Below are positions 29,713 through 40,300 of a stretch of 64,000 nucleotides of DNA, one piece after another. The DNA comes from a virus. The position numbers and the translations under genes are program-made. The stretch lies in the IMG/VR virus record IMGVR_UViG_3300023109_000014, positions 1 through 64,000 of that record; one strand, 5' to 3'. Each line of letters starts with the position of its first letter. Position 1 is the stretch's first letter. Below the pieces are notes generated by a model. The model saw nothing but the letters and a program-made list of their open reading frames with translations. It made no database searches and had not been told where the DNA came from.

Positions 29713-29724
29713 TGCTTAAAAATA

Positions 29725-30306
29725 ATGTACAAATTAGATGCTACCTATAATGTCGGCGATTTGGCTGATGAAATTTTTGAAAATGAATTTGATGGTGATT
29801 TAACACTTTCCAATACAACAAGGATTTCTGGCTGGCTGTCTGCAAATATAGGCAAGCTAAACAATAGGATTTACACAGAATTCGTTGATGTTAGCGGGCA
29901 TTTTGCTGCACCCGAAGAACTTGGATATTCTTTCGGTTATGAAGAAGCATCTATTTTTACTCAGATGTACATGGCAAATTATTACCAAAAATCTTCAAGA
30001 AAAACTTTAATGGGTCAAACCATTGAAATTCCGACTGGGGTTAGCGGAGGAACAAGTACAGGTGGAAGTAGCCAGGTTTATTTGGGAATGAGTGAGTGGA
30101 CCAAAATACAAGAGGGAGATACAACTATTGAGCGGCAGCCATTATACACGACCTCTTCGGGAGCCACAGTTACTTCTGCTTCTTCTACCGTAGATATTGA
30201 CGCTCTAGCTAAAGAATATCGAGGGTTAATGAATGATGCAAAAAGCCATATGGAGCAGTTAATTATTGCTTACAATCTTCACGGCGCTAAGCCAAGGCAG
30301 ACATAA
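29725..30306 (+). CDS. head-tail adaptor-like protein
   Basis: synteny; IQEGDTTIER beta segment. Confidence 0.5.
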   Translation: MYKLDATYNVGDLADEIFENEFDGDLTLSNTTRISGWLSANIGKLNNRIYTEFVDVSGHFAAPEELGYSFGYEEASIFTQMYMANYYQKSSRKTLMGQTIEIPTGVSGGTSTGGSSQVYLGMSEWTKIQEGDTTIERQPLYTTSSGATVTSASSTVDIDALAKEYRGLMNDAKSHMEQLIIAYNLHGAKPRQT

Positions 30307-30758
30307 TGGCAAAAAACCTTATTGATTCAGAAATGAGGTCTCAAATAGAAGAGGCTCTTGACGACGTGCATGAAACATTCGCAAAGGAAATTAAAATCTT
30401 TCAAAGGAAAACAGAAACATTTGTAGCAACATCTACAAGCACATATAATGCCCTGTACAACCGTTTGAAAAACGAGCAAAAAACTTTAGGGAAGGTTACA
30501 GAAACTTCTGCTCAAGCTAGAGTTGAGTATATTAACACTACGGAAGATTCTCGGTTATCTGGAACAAGCGCTCAAACAAATTTAATTTTGCCTGACGGAT
30601 CTGTTAGACTAAAAATAGATTCGGACGGATATCAAAAAATCAAAAGAGCTTCTAAAGTTGAAATTGATGAAAAGCTGTACGAGTTAGTTAGCGATTCTGG
30701 ATTTACTGGACCATTCGAGACAAAGTATCACGTATTGTACCTAAAAAGGAAAGATTAA
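30306..30758 (+). CDS. head closure/stopper-like protein
   Basis: synteny, 150 aa beta-rich. Confidence 0.5.
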   Translation: MAKNLIDSEMRSQIEEALDDVHETFAKEIKIFQRKTETFVATSTSTYNALYNRLKNEQKTLGKVTETSAQARVEYINTTEDSRLSGTSAQTNLILPDGSVRLKIDSDGYQKIKRASKVEIDEKLYELVSDSGFTGPFETKYHVLYLKRKD

Positions 30759-30760
30759 TT

Positions 30761-31345
30761 GTGGCCTGGATTAACATGAAAGGTTTGCAGAGAGAGATAT
30801 CTAAACAATACTCAATGGGATTCAGAAAAAGGGTTGAGAGAAAAATAAGACAAGATGTTAAAAAAGCTCAATTAAGAATGATTCTGGCATTTGAATCTCA
30901 TGAAGTTACCCGAGATCTAGATAAAGGCGCTTCTGGTTCATCTTTTCCTGGGGGAGGAAGTTTATTTTCCTTTATAGGTTTTAATTCTGGGGATCAACCA
31001 ACAAACGCATTGAGGCTTTTATTAACTAAAAATATTAAAGTTAAATTTATTAAGTCTGCAAAGAGCGAAATCGAAGCGACTTTCCAAATTGACTTACCCT
31101 CTCGAGAACAAATCGAAATGCTTACTCCAATGCCTTGGGCTTCAGGCAGAAGTTGGGCTAGGGAAGTTGAGTTTGGTATTCCTGGGCTTGGGCAATATTT
31201 AGTAAAAGATTCTCAAGCTAGTCGTTCTGGAAAAGCTATACAGGTAAAAAGTGTAATACGTACCGCTCAGTTCGGAGCAAAACCATATATGACAAAAATC
31301 CTTTCAACTTTTATTTTGGACTTAACCAAAACATTATCCAAATGA
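30761..31345 (+). CDS. neck/tail-completion protein
   Basis: WAREVEFG...KPYMTKI pattern, synteny. Confidence 0.5.
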   Translation: MAWINMKGLQREISKQYSMGFRKRVERKIRQDVKKAQLRMILAFESHEVTRDLDKGASGSSFPGGGSLFSFIGFNSGDQPTNALRLLLTKNIKVKFIKSAKSEIEATFQIDLPSREQIEMLTPMPWASGRSWAREVEFGIPGLGQYLVKDSQASRSGKAIQVKSVIRTAQFGAKPYMTKILSTFILDLTKTLSK

Positions 31346-32253
31346 AAGAACAATTTGATCATTTATTACAATCTAGTTTTTACTTATGGTTTGACGACCG
31401 ACTAACTAGGGCTGGCCAGGCTTATACTCAGCCAGTTAATGGGCAGTCGTTTGACGTTGTTGTGAGGGGAGAAAATGGAGGTGGATTAGATTTACCCACA
31501 AATTATGATGCATATTACTGCGCTGATAGACAGCTTGTTGCAAACGGCTCCTCTGAGCCTAGTGGAATTTATATTAATGGATCGTTTGTAGAACAAGGAG
31601 ACTTAACGCATAATTTAATCATCGATCACAACGAGGGCAGAATACTAACCAAAGCTGCGTCGCAAGGCGGTCAAGATTTATCAAGCTCAACAATTAGTGG
31701 GTATTTTAAAAAGAAAGAAATTAATGTTTATATTACAAACGAAACAGAAGAACAATTACTTCTTCAAAATGATTTTATATTAAGTGATATTGCTGGAGAA
31801 CCAACATATCTTCAGCAACAATCAGACCTTGGCGATAAGAAATATTCTTTGCCAGCCGCTTTTATCAGTTTAAATTCTTCGTCTAATGAACCATGGGCAA
31901 TGGGAGGTGTTGATGATACAAGAACAGTTATTAGAGTGGTTGTTATTGCTGATAGTAATTATAGCCTTGACGCAACCTTGTCTTTGTTTAGGGACGCGCA
32001 AAAAACAAAATTTGACCTCGTTGAGTTTGAAGACTTTCCATTTGGAGAGTTTTTTAGAGTAAAAGAATTTCCTTATAGTTATCCAGATTTCATAAAAAAT
32101 AAAAGCCAAAATAGATTTCCAGCGTTTATCGAGAGGGTTTTGGTCTCAAAATTATTTGATCGTTCAGGAACTCAGATTCCGCAAGGGTTAAGGATTGGAT
32201 TTATGGACTTTGAGATATCCTCTATTCGAAAACCTAGAAGTGATAGTTATTAA
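31342..32253 (+). CDS. tail terminator-like protein
   Basis: LPAAFI...PWAMGG, located just before tube gene. Confidence 0.5.
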   Translation: MKEQFDHLLQSSFYLWFDDRLTRAGQAYTQPVNGQSFDVVVRGENGGGLDLPTNYDAYYCADRQLVANGSSEPSGIYINGSFVEQGDLTHNLIIDHNEGRILTKAASQGGQDLSSSTISGYFKKKEINVYITNETEEQLLLQNDFILSDIAGEPTYLQQQSDLGDKKYSLPAAFISLNSSSNEPWAMGGVDDTRTVIRVVVIADSNYSLDATLSLFRDAQKTKFDLVEFEDFPFGEFFRVKEFPYSYPDFIKNKSQNRFPAFIERVLVSKLFDRSGTQIPQGLRIGFMDFEISSIRKPRSDSY

Positions 32254-32338
32254 TTTTTTTTAAAAAAAAAGTTCTCATTTTAGTTTTGCCTATGTAATAT
32301 AGGGTAACCCCTAATCTTACAATCAAAATTTAATAATT

Positions 32339-33610
32339 ATGGCTAGAAACAGAGTAATATATCAATCAGAAGCTTTATTCGTAAAAGAGAAAGATCAACA
32401 TCATCAGTTGTCTTCCGCTGACCAGCTTCTTCGTGTACAAGACATCTCTCATGGTGTTGAAATTAATCGTACAGACATCAATGAATTTGGTCAATTGACC
32501 GCAATCGAAAGAAAAGTTGTTGAGCCTCCTGTAGTGAACCTTGACTTTAGTTACTATGCTCATGGTGGACACAACGAGAAAAATGTCGGTTTTCAATTTA
32601 CTACCGATCGTGCTGTTGACTCCGCAGATGGCTTAAAGCAAGCACTGTCTGGTTTTATGACCGCCGCTTCTGACGACAAAAACTATTACATTAGTGTTGC
32701 TTCTTATGGAGACGACAATAATGAGTTGGTAGATGGAGCTCAAGAAGGTGTTATTGGTATCGGAAATGGTTCTGTTACTAGTTACAGTCTTGAAGCTGCA
32801 GTTGGAGATATCGCTACATGTTCCGTAAGTGTTGAAGCAAGTAATATCCTTTTCCAGTCTTCTGGAACAAACATTGCTAATCCTGCCCTTAATGCTGGAA
32901 CTGGTGCAACGCTTTATCCTCAAGACGCAGGTGGCGCAGGAAATCTTACGGCTTTCCCTGCTGGTGCACTTGCTGGATCAAAAGCTGACGACTATGACGT
33001 TGCTTGTGTACGTCCTGGTGATATCATCATCAACTTCAATGACGCTGGTAATGCTGGAGCAAAAGACTCAAGTACTCTTACTGGAAACGCTGCCGCAATG
33101 GGTGGTGCATTCATGGAGAGTGATAGTTCCTGCCACATTCAAAGCTTTACTTTGGACGTGCCAATGTCTCGTACCGCTCTTAATCGTATTGGAAGTGTAT
33201 TTCCTTATGGTCGTGAGCTTGACACCCCAATGACTCTTACCTTGAGTGTAAGTGCATTGATGTCTGATATGGCTGACGGCGCACTTGCCGACTTGCTTTG
33301 TTCTGACGCAGAACAGCGTAACGTTCGTATCACACTTCGTGAGCCATGTTCCGCTGATGCAGCCGATGGTGAAAATGCAGCAAACTCTGAAATTGTTCAA
33401 GAATATCTTATCAAGGGATTATCCTTGGATAGTCAAAACTTCTCCGCTTCAATTGGAGATAACAAGACTGTCGACTTGGTATTCAGCACACAACAAGGTG
33501 GCGCTAATGGTACTGGAAATGGTCTTTACATGTGGAAGACTAGCACCCTAGACTATGCAATCGGAGATAATCCGAAGGTTTATGGTCAGGATAAATCAAA
33601 CCCTAACTGA
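32339..33610 (+). CDS. major tail tube protein
   Basis: MARNRVIYQSEAL, RTDINEFGQL, strong codon bias, terminator downstream. Confidence 0.75.
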   Translation: MARNRVIYQSEALFVKEKDQHHQLSSADQLLRVQDISHGVEINRTDINEFGQLTAIERKVVEPPVVNLDFSYYAHGGHNEKNVGFQFTTDRAVDSADGLKQALSGFMTAASDDKNYYISVASYGDDNNELVDGAQEGVIGIGNGSVTSYSLEAAVGDIATCSVSVEASNILFQSSGTNIANPALNAGTGATLYPQDAGGAGNLTAFPAGALAGSKADDYDVACVRPGDIIINFNDAGNAGAKDSSTLTGNAAAMGGAFMESDSSCHIQSFTLDVPMSRTALNRIGSVFPYGRELDTPMTLTLSVSALMSDMADGALADLLCSDAEQRNVRITLREPCSADAADGENAANSEIVQEYLIKGLSLDSQNFSASIGDNKTVDLVFSTQQGGANGTGNGLYMWKTSTLDYAIGDNPKVYGQDKSNPN

Positions 33611-33635
33611 TAAGTTAGATAAATCTTAAAATAAA

Positions 33636-33665
33636 AAACCTCCGTCAATTGGCGGGGGTTTTTTT
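33636..33665 (+). terminator. rho-independent terminator
   Basis: aacctccgtc-aatt-ggcggggtt followed by T-run. Confidence 0.8.
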
Positions 33666-33679
33666 GTGTATATATTACA

Positions 33680-34531
33680 ATGAGAGGGCATAAACACGAT
33701 ACTCAAAATTTATATATCAATCGAGAAAGAATACGAGGGGTTCAATCATGTGCAGTAGGATGGTCCGCCGAAGAAACATATGTTAATGCCATCGGAAGAG
33801 ATGCGGGTTTTTTAGGAGGTGTAGTTGAACAACCCTTAACATCTACGTGTGATATCGAAAGATTCATGGTTTCTCCAACAGATCCTATTATTGATTTATT
33901 TAATAGCGTGGAAATTTATGGAGAAACAAAATATACAAATGGACAAAATTATATTTTTTCAAGAGCTCAAATAACAAATTATTCATGCGAATGCGCTGTT
34001 GGATCTATACCTACGCTAAATTTCTCCTTGTTGTGTTATGGAAATTCTGGAGGAGATACAGATATATTTCTTAATCAATCCCCAGAACGTGATCCTACCA
34101 TTATGATCGCTAGCCCAGGAAGCGTGTCTTTAAATGTTAAAGGTCATTCCTCTAATAGAATTCAATCTTTTAATTTTCAAATTAATGTTGACAGAGATCC
34201 AATTTTTAAATTAGGCTCACTAGAGCCTTTAGATTTTCGGGTAGAATTTCCGATACAAGTGGATTGTCAGTTTGTTCTACATGTAGATGATTATGAATCT
34301 AAAAATTTATTTGATTTTATTTGTTCCCCCGAGATTCAAGATTTAACACTTGGTTTTAAAGATTGTGAGTCAGGAGAAAATATTAGAAGTTTTTTCATGA
34401 AAGATGCTAAATTAATGGATTACAATCAGTCTGGTTCGATTCATGAATTTTTAGAGGCCACATTCTCTTATAAGTCATACATTACAAACATTCAAGACTT
34501 AAGAAAAATATTAAATGGTCTTTCTTATTGA
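33680..34531 (+). CDS. tail tube-like minor tail protein
   Basis: shares SYS...VG.I.T and IQSF...R..I..LGS segments with the tube protein. Confidence 0.55.
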   Translation: MRGHKHDTQNLYINRERIRGVQSCAVGWSAEETYVNAIGRDAGFLGGVVEQPLTSTCDIERFMVSPTDPIIDLFNSVEIYGETKYTNGQNYIFSRAQITNYSCECAVGSIPTLNFSLLCYGNSGGDTDIFLNQSPERDPTIMIASPGSVSLNVKGHSSNRIQSFNFQINVDRDPIFKLGSLEPLDFRVEFPIQVDCQFVLHVDDYESKNLFDFICSPEIQDLTLGFKDCESGENIRSFFMKDAKLMDYNQSGSIHEFLEATFSYKSYITNIQDLRKILNGLSY

Positions 34532-34551
34532 TTTTTAGTGTATTAATAGTT

Positions 34552-35325
34552 ATGGCGATATTTTATTCAGATGTGTTAGTTAAGATTGGTGAGCATGAAT
34601 TTTTTGCTTCGAGCGCAAGCATGAATGCTCAGAAAGGGTACGAAGGAATTCGTAGTGTAGGTTATAAAGGTACGGTTGGCGTTGTTCCATCTGGCCCATC
34701 AGGAGGAGATGCTAATTTTGAAATGGTTGGTTCTGCTCTAGATCCTGAATATTTTGAAATGCTTAATCCAGAAGTGAATGGAGAAAACATACAGGTCGGA
34801 GGAAGTGCTGGCCAGGACGGTTTACTAACAGATCTATCTGTAGATGTTGAACCCAATCAAGTTGTTACTTCATCCGCTAGTTTTCAATTTTTTGCACCAC
34901 CTTCTCTAGATCCAAATACCACCCCGAGGGGCGGAGGCATTGAGGTTGCAAATAAAGCGGTAGTCGGTGGAGATTTGCTTCACGGCGCAGGAGATGGAAC
35001 TACTGTTGGTTTAGATTCTTTTCGAGCGTCATATAGTTTATCTCAAGGATTCGACTCGATCTATGGATTGGGAGGTTTTTGTCCAATTTTTAAATATCGT
35101 ACAGACGGAACAGAAGAGTTAACTATGGAGGGAGATAATTTGAGTGGAGCTATTGGAGATTGCGGTTATAAATGCCCAGAAATGCAATCTCTTGTTCTAA
35201 ATCTTGGAGGTCTTTGTGGAGGACAGTGGAAGCGTCAGGTCGATGGATTTATAACTTCTCAAGGAGTTACAGTGAGTGAAGGTGGCGTTTTAACTGGAAC
35301 AATGACTGTAACTGATTTTAGTTAA
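34552..35325 (+). CDS. tail tube-like minor tail protein
   Basis: beta/Gly-rich; start reassigned to ATG 34552 (GTGTA-N9-ATG). Confidence 0.5.
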   Translation: MAIFYSDVLVKIGEHEFFASSASMNAQKGYEGIRSVGYKGTVGVVPSGPSGGDANFEMVGSALDPEYFEMLNPEVNGENIQVGGSAGQDGLLTDLSVDVEPNQVVTSSASFQFFAPPSLDPNTTPRGGGIEVANKAVVGGDLLHGAGDGTTVGLDSFRASYSLSQGFDSIYGLGGFCPIFKYRTDGTEELTMEGDNLSGAIGDCGYKCPEMQSLVLNLGGLCGGQWKRQVDGFITSQGVTVSEGGVLTGTMTVTDFS

Positions 35326-35382
35326 AAATAAATTTAAATTTTTAAATAACTAGATATAATAGTCTAGTTAAAACTATTTATT

Positions 35383-36252
35383 ATGGCCGTTACTGCAATT
35401 AACAAAGAATTATATTCCTTCTCCGTGTCTCTTGAGGTAAACTCTCAAAAAGAAGTTGAAGTCGAGAAAGAGGTTGAAATTGAAAAAGAAGTTGAAGTCG
35501 AAAGAAAAAGAAAAAACAAAGAAACTAAAAAAATGGAAACGGTTCTTGTTACAGAAACAAGAAAAGTTAAAGAGAAAAAAATCGTCAAAGAAATGCGAGA
35601 TGTTGTTGAAGAGCAGCCCGTCAGAATTATTTTAAGGAAACCTACTCGTACTCAATTAGAGGATGGAGATATGTTTTATAGTATTTGGCTAAACAAGTAC
35701 ATTAAGATGGGTTTGCTTACTAGAGCAATGCTAGCCAAGCAACATTTAGATGTTGGTGGGTCCTTGACGGAAGAAGAAAAACAAAGATATTCTCAGCTTT
35801 ACGTAAGACTTTACGAAAAGCAACAAGCTGTTCAAAGGTTTAGCTTAAAAACAGAAGAAGAAAGAACTAACGACGAATCAGAAAGATTAAAGGTCGCTGT
35901 AGAAGAATTAGGGATCATCAGGAAAGAATTGACCGATTTTGAAGCTGTGCAGGCCAGTATGTTTGATCATACCGCAGATATTAAAGCAAGAAATAAAACT
36001 ATTACTTGGTACCTATTAAGTCTTGCAAATGTTTCTTATGGAGATCAAGATAATTCAGAAGTTATTCCTTTGTTTCCTGGAGAAACTTACGATGATAAGT
36101 ATCAATCTTACCTAGAGCTTGACGAACAAAACGATGAAGTTTATTTGAGATCAATTGATAAAATTAGTTCTCTCGTCACAATTTGGTACATGAGTGGAGT
36201 CTCCAATCAAGAAGATTTTGATAGACTGTTAGAAGAGATTGACTCCGAATAA
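35383..36252 (+). CDS. tail assembly chaperone (putative)
   Basis: synteny upstream of TMP; ILRKPTR; E/V/K low-complexity insert. Confidence 0.55.
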   Translation: MAVTAINKELYSFSVSLEVNSQKEVEVEKEVEIEKEVEVERKRKNKETKKMETVLVTETRKVKEKKIVKEMRDVVEEQPVRIILRKPTRTQLEDGDMFYSIWLNKYIKMGLLTRAMLAKQHLDVGGSLTEEEKQRYSQLYVRLYEKQQAVQRFSLKTEEERTNDESERLKVAVEELGIIRKELTDFEAVQASMFDHTADIKARNKTITWYLLSLANVSYGDQDNSEVIPLFPGETYDDKYQSYLELDEQNDEVYLRSIDKISSLVTIWYMSGVSNQEDFDRLLEEIDSE

Positions 36253-36265
36253 CATGCCATGAAGC

Positions 36266-37342
36266 ATGGTCGAGAAACCTTCTAAAGAAAAAGAGCTTAG
36301 TCCAGACAAAATTGAAGAGCTGAATGAAATTCGGCTCCGAAAAGTACTTAGTGCCCTAATTCAAGGATCTTCTTTGATTAAAATATCTCCCAGTAAAGAT
36401 AGCGTTATGCATGACATTAGCAGGACAGAGATAAAGTGTTACGCTAAGCATTTCTCGCTTGCCGATCAAATTCATCTAGATCAGAAATATGAAGAGTTTT
36501 TTTCCAAAGCTCAGGCAGGAGAAATTCCTACTAAGCAAGAAGCCTTGCAAAGAATGTACGATAATGGGCTATGGACAGAGGAAAATGAAAAATGGGTCGC
36601 CGCTCAAAAAGAATTTATTAAAAATCTAGAACAAACAAAGTTAAAATTGACTATGTCTGCGCAGATTGCTAGCGTCCAAAAAAGCATTGATGGGGTTGAA
36701 GGTAAACTTAAAAAGCAGCAAGAAAAACGAGCAAAGCATATAGGAACTACTTGCGAGAGTTACGCAAACGTACAAATGAATTCTTATACAATGATTTATT
36801 GTTTGTTTTCAGATGCAGAATGTAGCGAGCCCTTATTCTCTAAAGAAGATCAGGATTATTTATCTCACGAAGATATTGGTTTGATAGTCATGTCTTACAA
36901 TCAAGGCATGAAAAATCTTGATATTAGCGCAGTTAAAGAGTTATCTGTTAGCCCTTTTTTTACTTCTTATTTTTCTTTAATTGAGGAGTCTCCCGCAGAT
37001 TTTTTCGGAAGGCCTGTGCATCAGTTGAGTTTTTACCAGTTAAATTTATTAAGCTACGCAAGAGTTTTGAGATCAATAATTAAAAATACAGCTCCTCCAA
37101 AACAATATCACAGAGACCCAGACAAACTATTTGAGTGGGCAGAAAAAGGAGATAAGGCTAGAAAGCTAATGGAAAAAGCTGGTAACGAAGACAAGGCCTT
37201 TTCAATGGTTGGCGCAAAAAAAGAAGATTATGAACAAGCGGGTGTCGAAAGGCAAGGTAAAGATATTTTTGATTTAGCTAAAAGCAAAAAAGGTAAAAAG
37301 TCAGGAACTTTATCAATTATGGATTTCTTGGATGAATCTTAG
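36266..37342 (+). CDS. second tail assembly chaperone (putative)
   Basis: directly upstream of TMP; FFG.P...L..YQ..L..Y...DPDKLFEW. Confidence 0.55.
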   Translation: MVEKPSKEKELSPDKIEELNEIRLRKVLSALIQGSSLIKISPSKDSVMHDISRTEIKCYAKHFSLADQIHLDQKYEEFFSKAQAGEIPTKQEALQRMYDNGLWTEENEKWVAAQKEFIKNLEQTKLKLTMSAQIASVQKSIDGVEGKLKKQQEKRAKHIGTTCESYANVQMNSYTMIYCLFSDAECSEPLFSKEDQDYLSHEDIGLIVMSYNQGMKNLDISAVKELSVSPFFTSYFSLIEESPADFFGRPVHQLSFYQLNLLSYARVLRSIIKNTAPPKQYHRDPDKLFEWAEKGDKARKLMEKAGNEDKAFSMVGAKKEDYEQAGVERQGKDIFDLAKSKKGKKSGTLSIMDFLDES

Positions 37343-37377
37343 ATAAATAGATTAGTTTAGTGTAAATACTATTTGAA

Positions 37378-40300
37378 ATGGCGCAAGAAAATATTAGAGT
37401 AAGAGTTAAGGCGATTGGGTTAGATCAAGACATCGCCAACCAAGCAAAAATAGGCGAAAAGAAAATAAAACCTATTAAGCTTTCTTTGAATGAAAAAGGG
37501 CTTGTGCAACCTCTCGGTAGAATTACTGGGCAAATGGGAGAATTCGAGAAATCGATGGATGCTGCGGTTGCTCGTGTATTCGCTTTTGGAGCTGCTGTTT
37601 CTGTTATAAATGGAGTATCTAGCGCATTAAAAGCTATGGCGCAATCTGCAATGGAAGTTCAAAAAGCTTTGAAGGATATCAATGTTATTATGAATATGTC
37701 AGAATCTGCTTTGCAAAATTTTGGCGGAGCTTTATTTGATGTTGCTAGAGATACTGCTTCATCATTTGATGATATTTCTGCAGCAGCAACTGAATTTGCC
37801 AGACAAGGCTTAAGCGCTGACGAAACACTGCAGAGAATTGCTGACGCTATGACCTTAACGAGATTGTCTGGCATGGACTCTGTAGAAGCTGTAAATGCTT
37901 TAACCGCTGCAATTAATGGTTTTAATGACGCAGCAATCAATTCCTCTGATATTGTGAATAGGCTAGCTAATGTTGATGCCGCATTCGCTGTATCTTCAAA
38001 AGATTTAGCTGATGGATTGGCGCGAGCAGGGGCAACTGCCCAAGCTGCAAAAGTAGAATTTAACGAGCTGCTTGCTGCAGTTACAAGCGTTCAACAGCAA
38101 ACCGCTAGAGGTGGCGCAGTGATTGGAAACTCTTTTAAAAGTATATTTACTAGGCTTCAGAGATCGAGCGTAAAAGAAGCTATGGAGGCTATAGGTGTCG
38201 CGACCCAGGATGCTTCTGGTTCATTTAGGTCTGGAATGGCAATCTTGCAAGATTATGCTAGAGGTTATGATAATTTATCTGACTCGCAAAAAGCTGCCAC
38301 TGACGAATTAGTTGCTGGGGTTTTTCAGGTTAATAATTTAAAAGCTTTGATTAAAGATTTAAATAGTGAGTTTAGTATATACGATCAAGCTTTAAAAACT
38401 GCAAACAGTAGTACAAACGAAGCCACTCAAAGAAATCAAGAATTGAACAAGACTATGTCGGCTTTGATGACTCAAACTGGTCTATCTATTAAAGAGCTTG
38501 CTGCAGGCCTTGGAGAAATGACCCTTGGGCCTGGGATCGAGAAAGTTCTCGAAACAGTAAAATCTTTATCTGACGGTTTAAATAACTTAATAGGTGAAGA
38601 TACTGGCTCAAGCATAGGTAAAACTCTTTTAAAAGGCATTGGTAGTTTTATTAGTGGTCCTGGGATGGTTTTAATTGGGGGTGCGTTTATTAAATTATTT
38701 GCGTTTGTCGCACAACAAGGTTCGAGTGCACTAAAATCAATCTTTTCCATCAATAGCGAAACTAAAAGACAAGAAGGTTTGCAGGCAGCAATTCTGCAAA
38801 TATTAATGAATGAAGAAAGTATTCGACAGAAAATCCTGGGTGGCGCCGCAAGTCAAGCGGCGAAAGAGCAAACGATTTTAAGCGTTTTAAAAAAGCAAAC
38901 CATGGAAAGGCAGGCGCAAGATGCGCTTTTAAAAAAAATCGCTGCGTCGTCTACATTAGCAAATGTCGCAATAAGTAATCAAGGAACCATTGTTCCGCAT
39001 GGTAGGGGTTCTAGAGCTGCCGCAGGCAGAAAAGATCTTGGAATGTCTAAGGGTTATGTTCCTCCAGCCACTAAAGATTCTAAATTTATTCCATCTTTCG
39101 AGGCTGAACAAAAAGATATAGAGAGAAGGGTTGGAGGCGCAACTAAATCAGCTTCTCCAGTTTTAATAAAAGGTTTTCAAAAAACTAAAACGCAAAAACA
39201 AGATGTCGTCGCTAATACGGACGAGGTTGTTGTTGAAAATTATATGGGTTCGGGCGCTTCCGCCATTTTAAACAAAAACATGGCTCAAAGGTTTAGTTTT
39301 GATAATGGGGTAGAGAAATATTACTCTGCTGCAGAATATGGTTCAAAAAATTTCTATTCGTCTGGCTATGTTCCTAATTTCAAAGCAACAAATAAGCAGG
39401 TAATTAAATTAAATGCAGCTGGACAAGGAATTATAACTGCAGAAGCTGGAAAGTCAGAAGTTGGTAAAAATCATACAGTTACTGCTTCTTCAGTTTTTGA
39501 TGGCCCAGTTCCTCCAGCATTTAAAGGTTCAAAATTTGAAGCAAGAAATTTTACAGTTGGAAGATTAGAACAATCTAAAGGAGGCTTTCATAGTATTGTA
39601 GATAAGCATATGACTACTGCATTAAGAGACGTTGCCCAAGATGTTGTTCCAGGTGGAAAGGTTAAAGGTTCTGGACCCCTGAGTGATTATTTAGATAAAT
39701 CTGCAGGACCTCAATTTACTGGAAGAATTTTTGAGGCAACCTTAAATTATATTAAAAATTCAGTAGTTAAAAATGATCCTGGAACAGCTGGCTGGGATTT
39801 TCCTGGAGGACAGTTTCAAAAAAATCTAACTACTGCATTTAATCTTGATTCAAGAAAAGGAAAAAATGTCGATGCAAAAGTGTCATCCAGCAAAAAAAAC
39901 ATAGGAAGCGGCATTAAGAAAATTATTGACTCTAGGGGTGGTTATAAAAATTTAAAGCAGTACAAAGATTTTGAAAAACAAAATAAAACTAAAAAAGCTT
40001 CTGCAGTTGGAAAACCAAGAGCTTCAAAAGGAATGATTCCATCAAATACCGCAAGTGTTCCGAATTTTGTATCCACTTGGGGTAAACCAGAATTGCTTAA
40101 AAAGATTAGAGAAAAGAATTTATCAAGAGCTCAAAAAGATATTAAAGGTTTTGACGGCATGAAGGCAACTAATGAATGGAGCGGTCAATTACCTATTATA
40201 CAAGTCGCCGATAAAAAAACTGGAACAACAACTAGATTTACTTATGGTAAGGGAGAGTATGATAACGAAAATAAGACTGACATTTTATATTCAGAAAGAG

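Noticed and set aside
35383-37342. Programmed frameshift between tail chaperone genes
   Set aside because: The second gene has its own ATG 13 nt after the first stop and no clear slippery heptamer was seen
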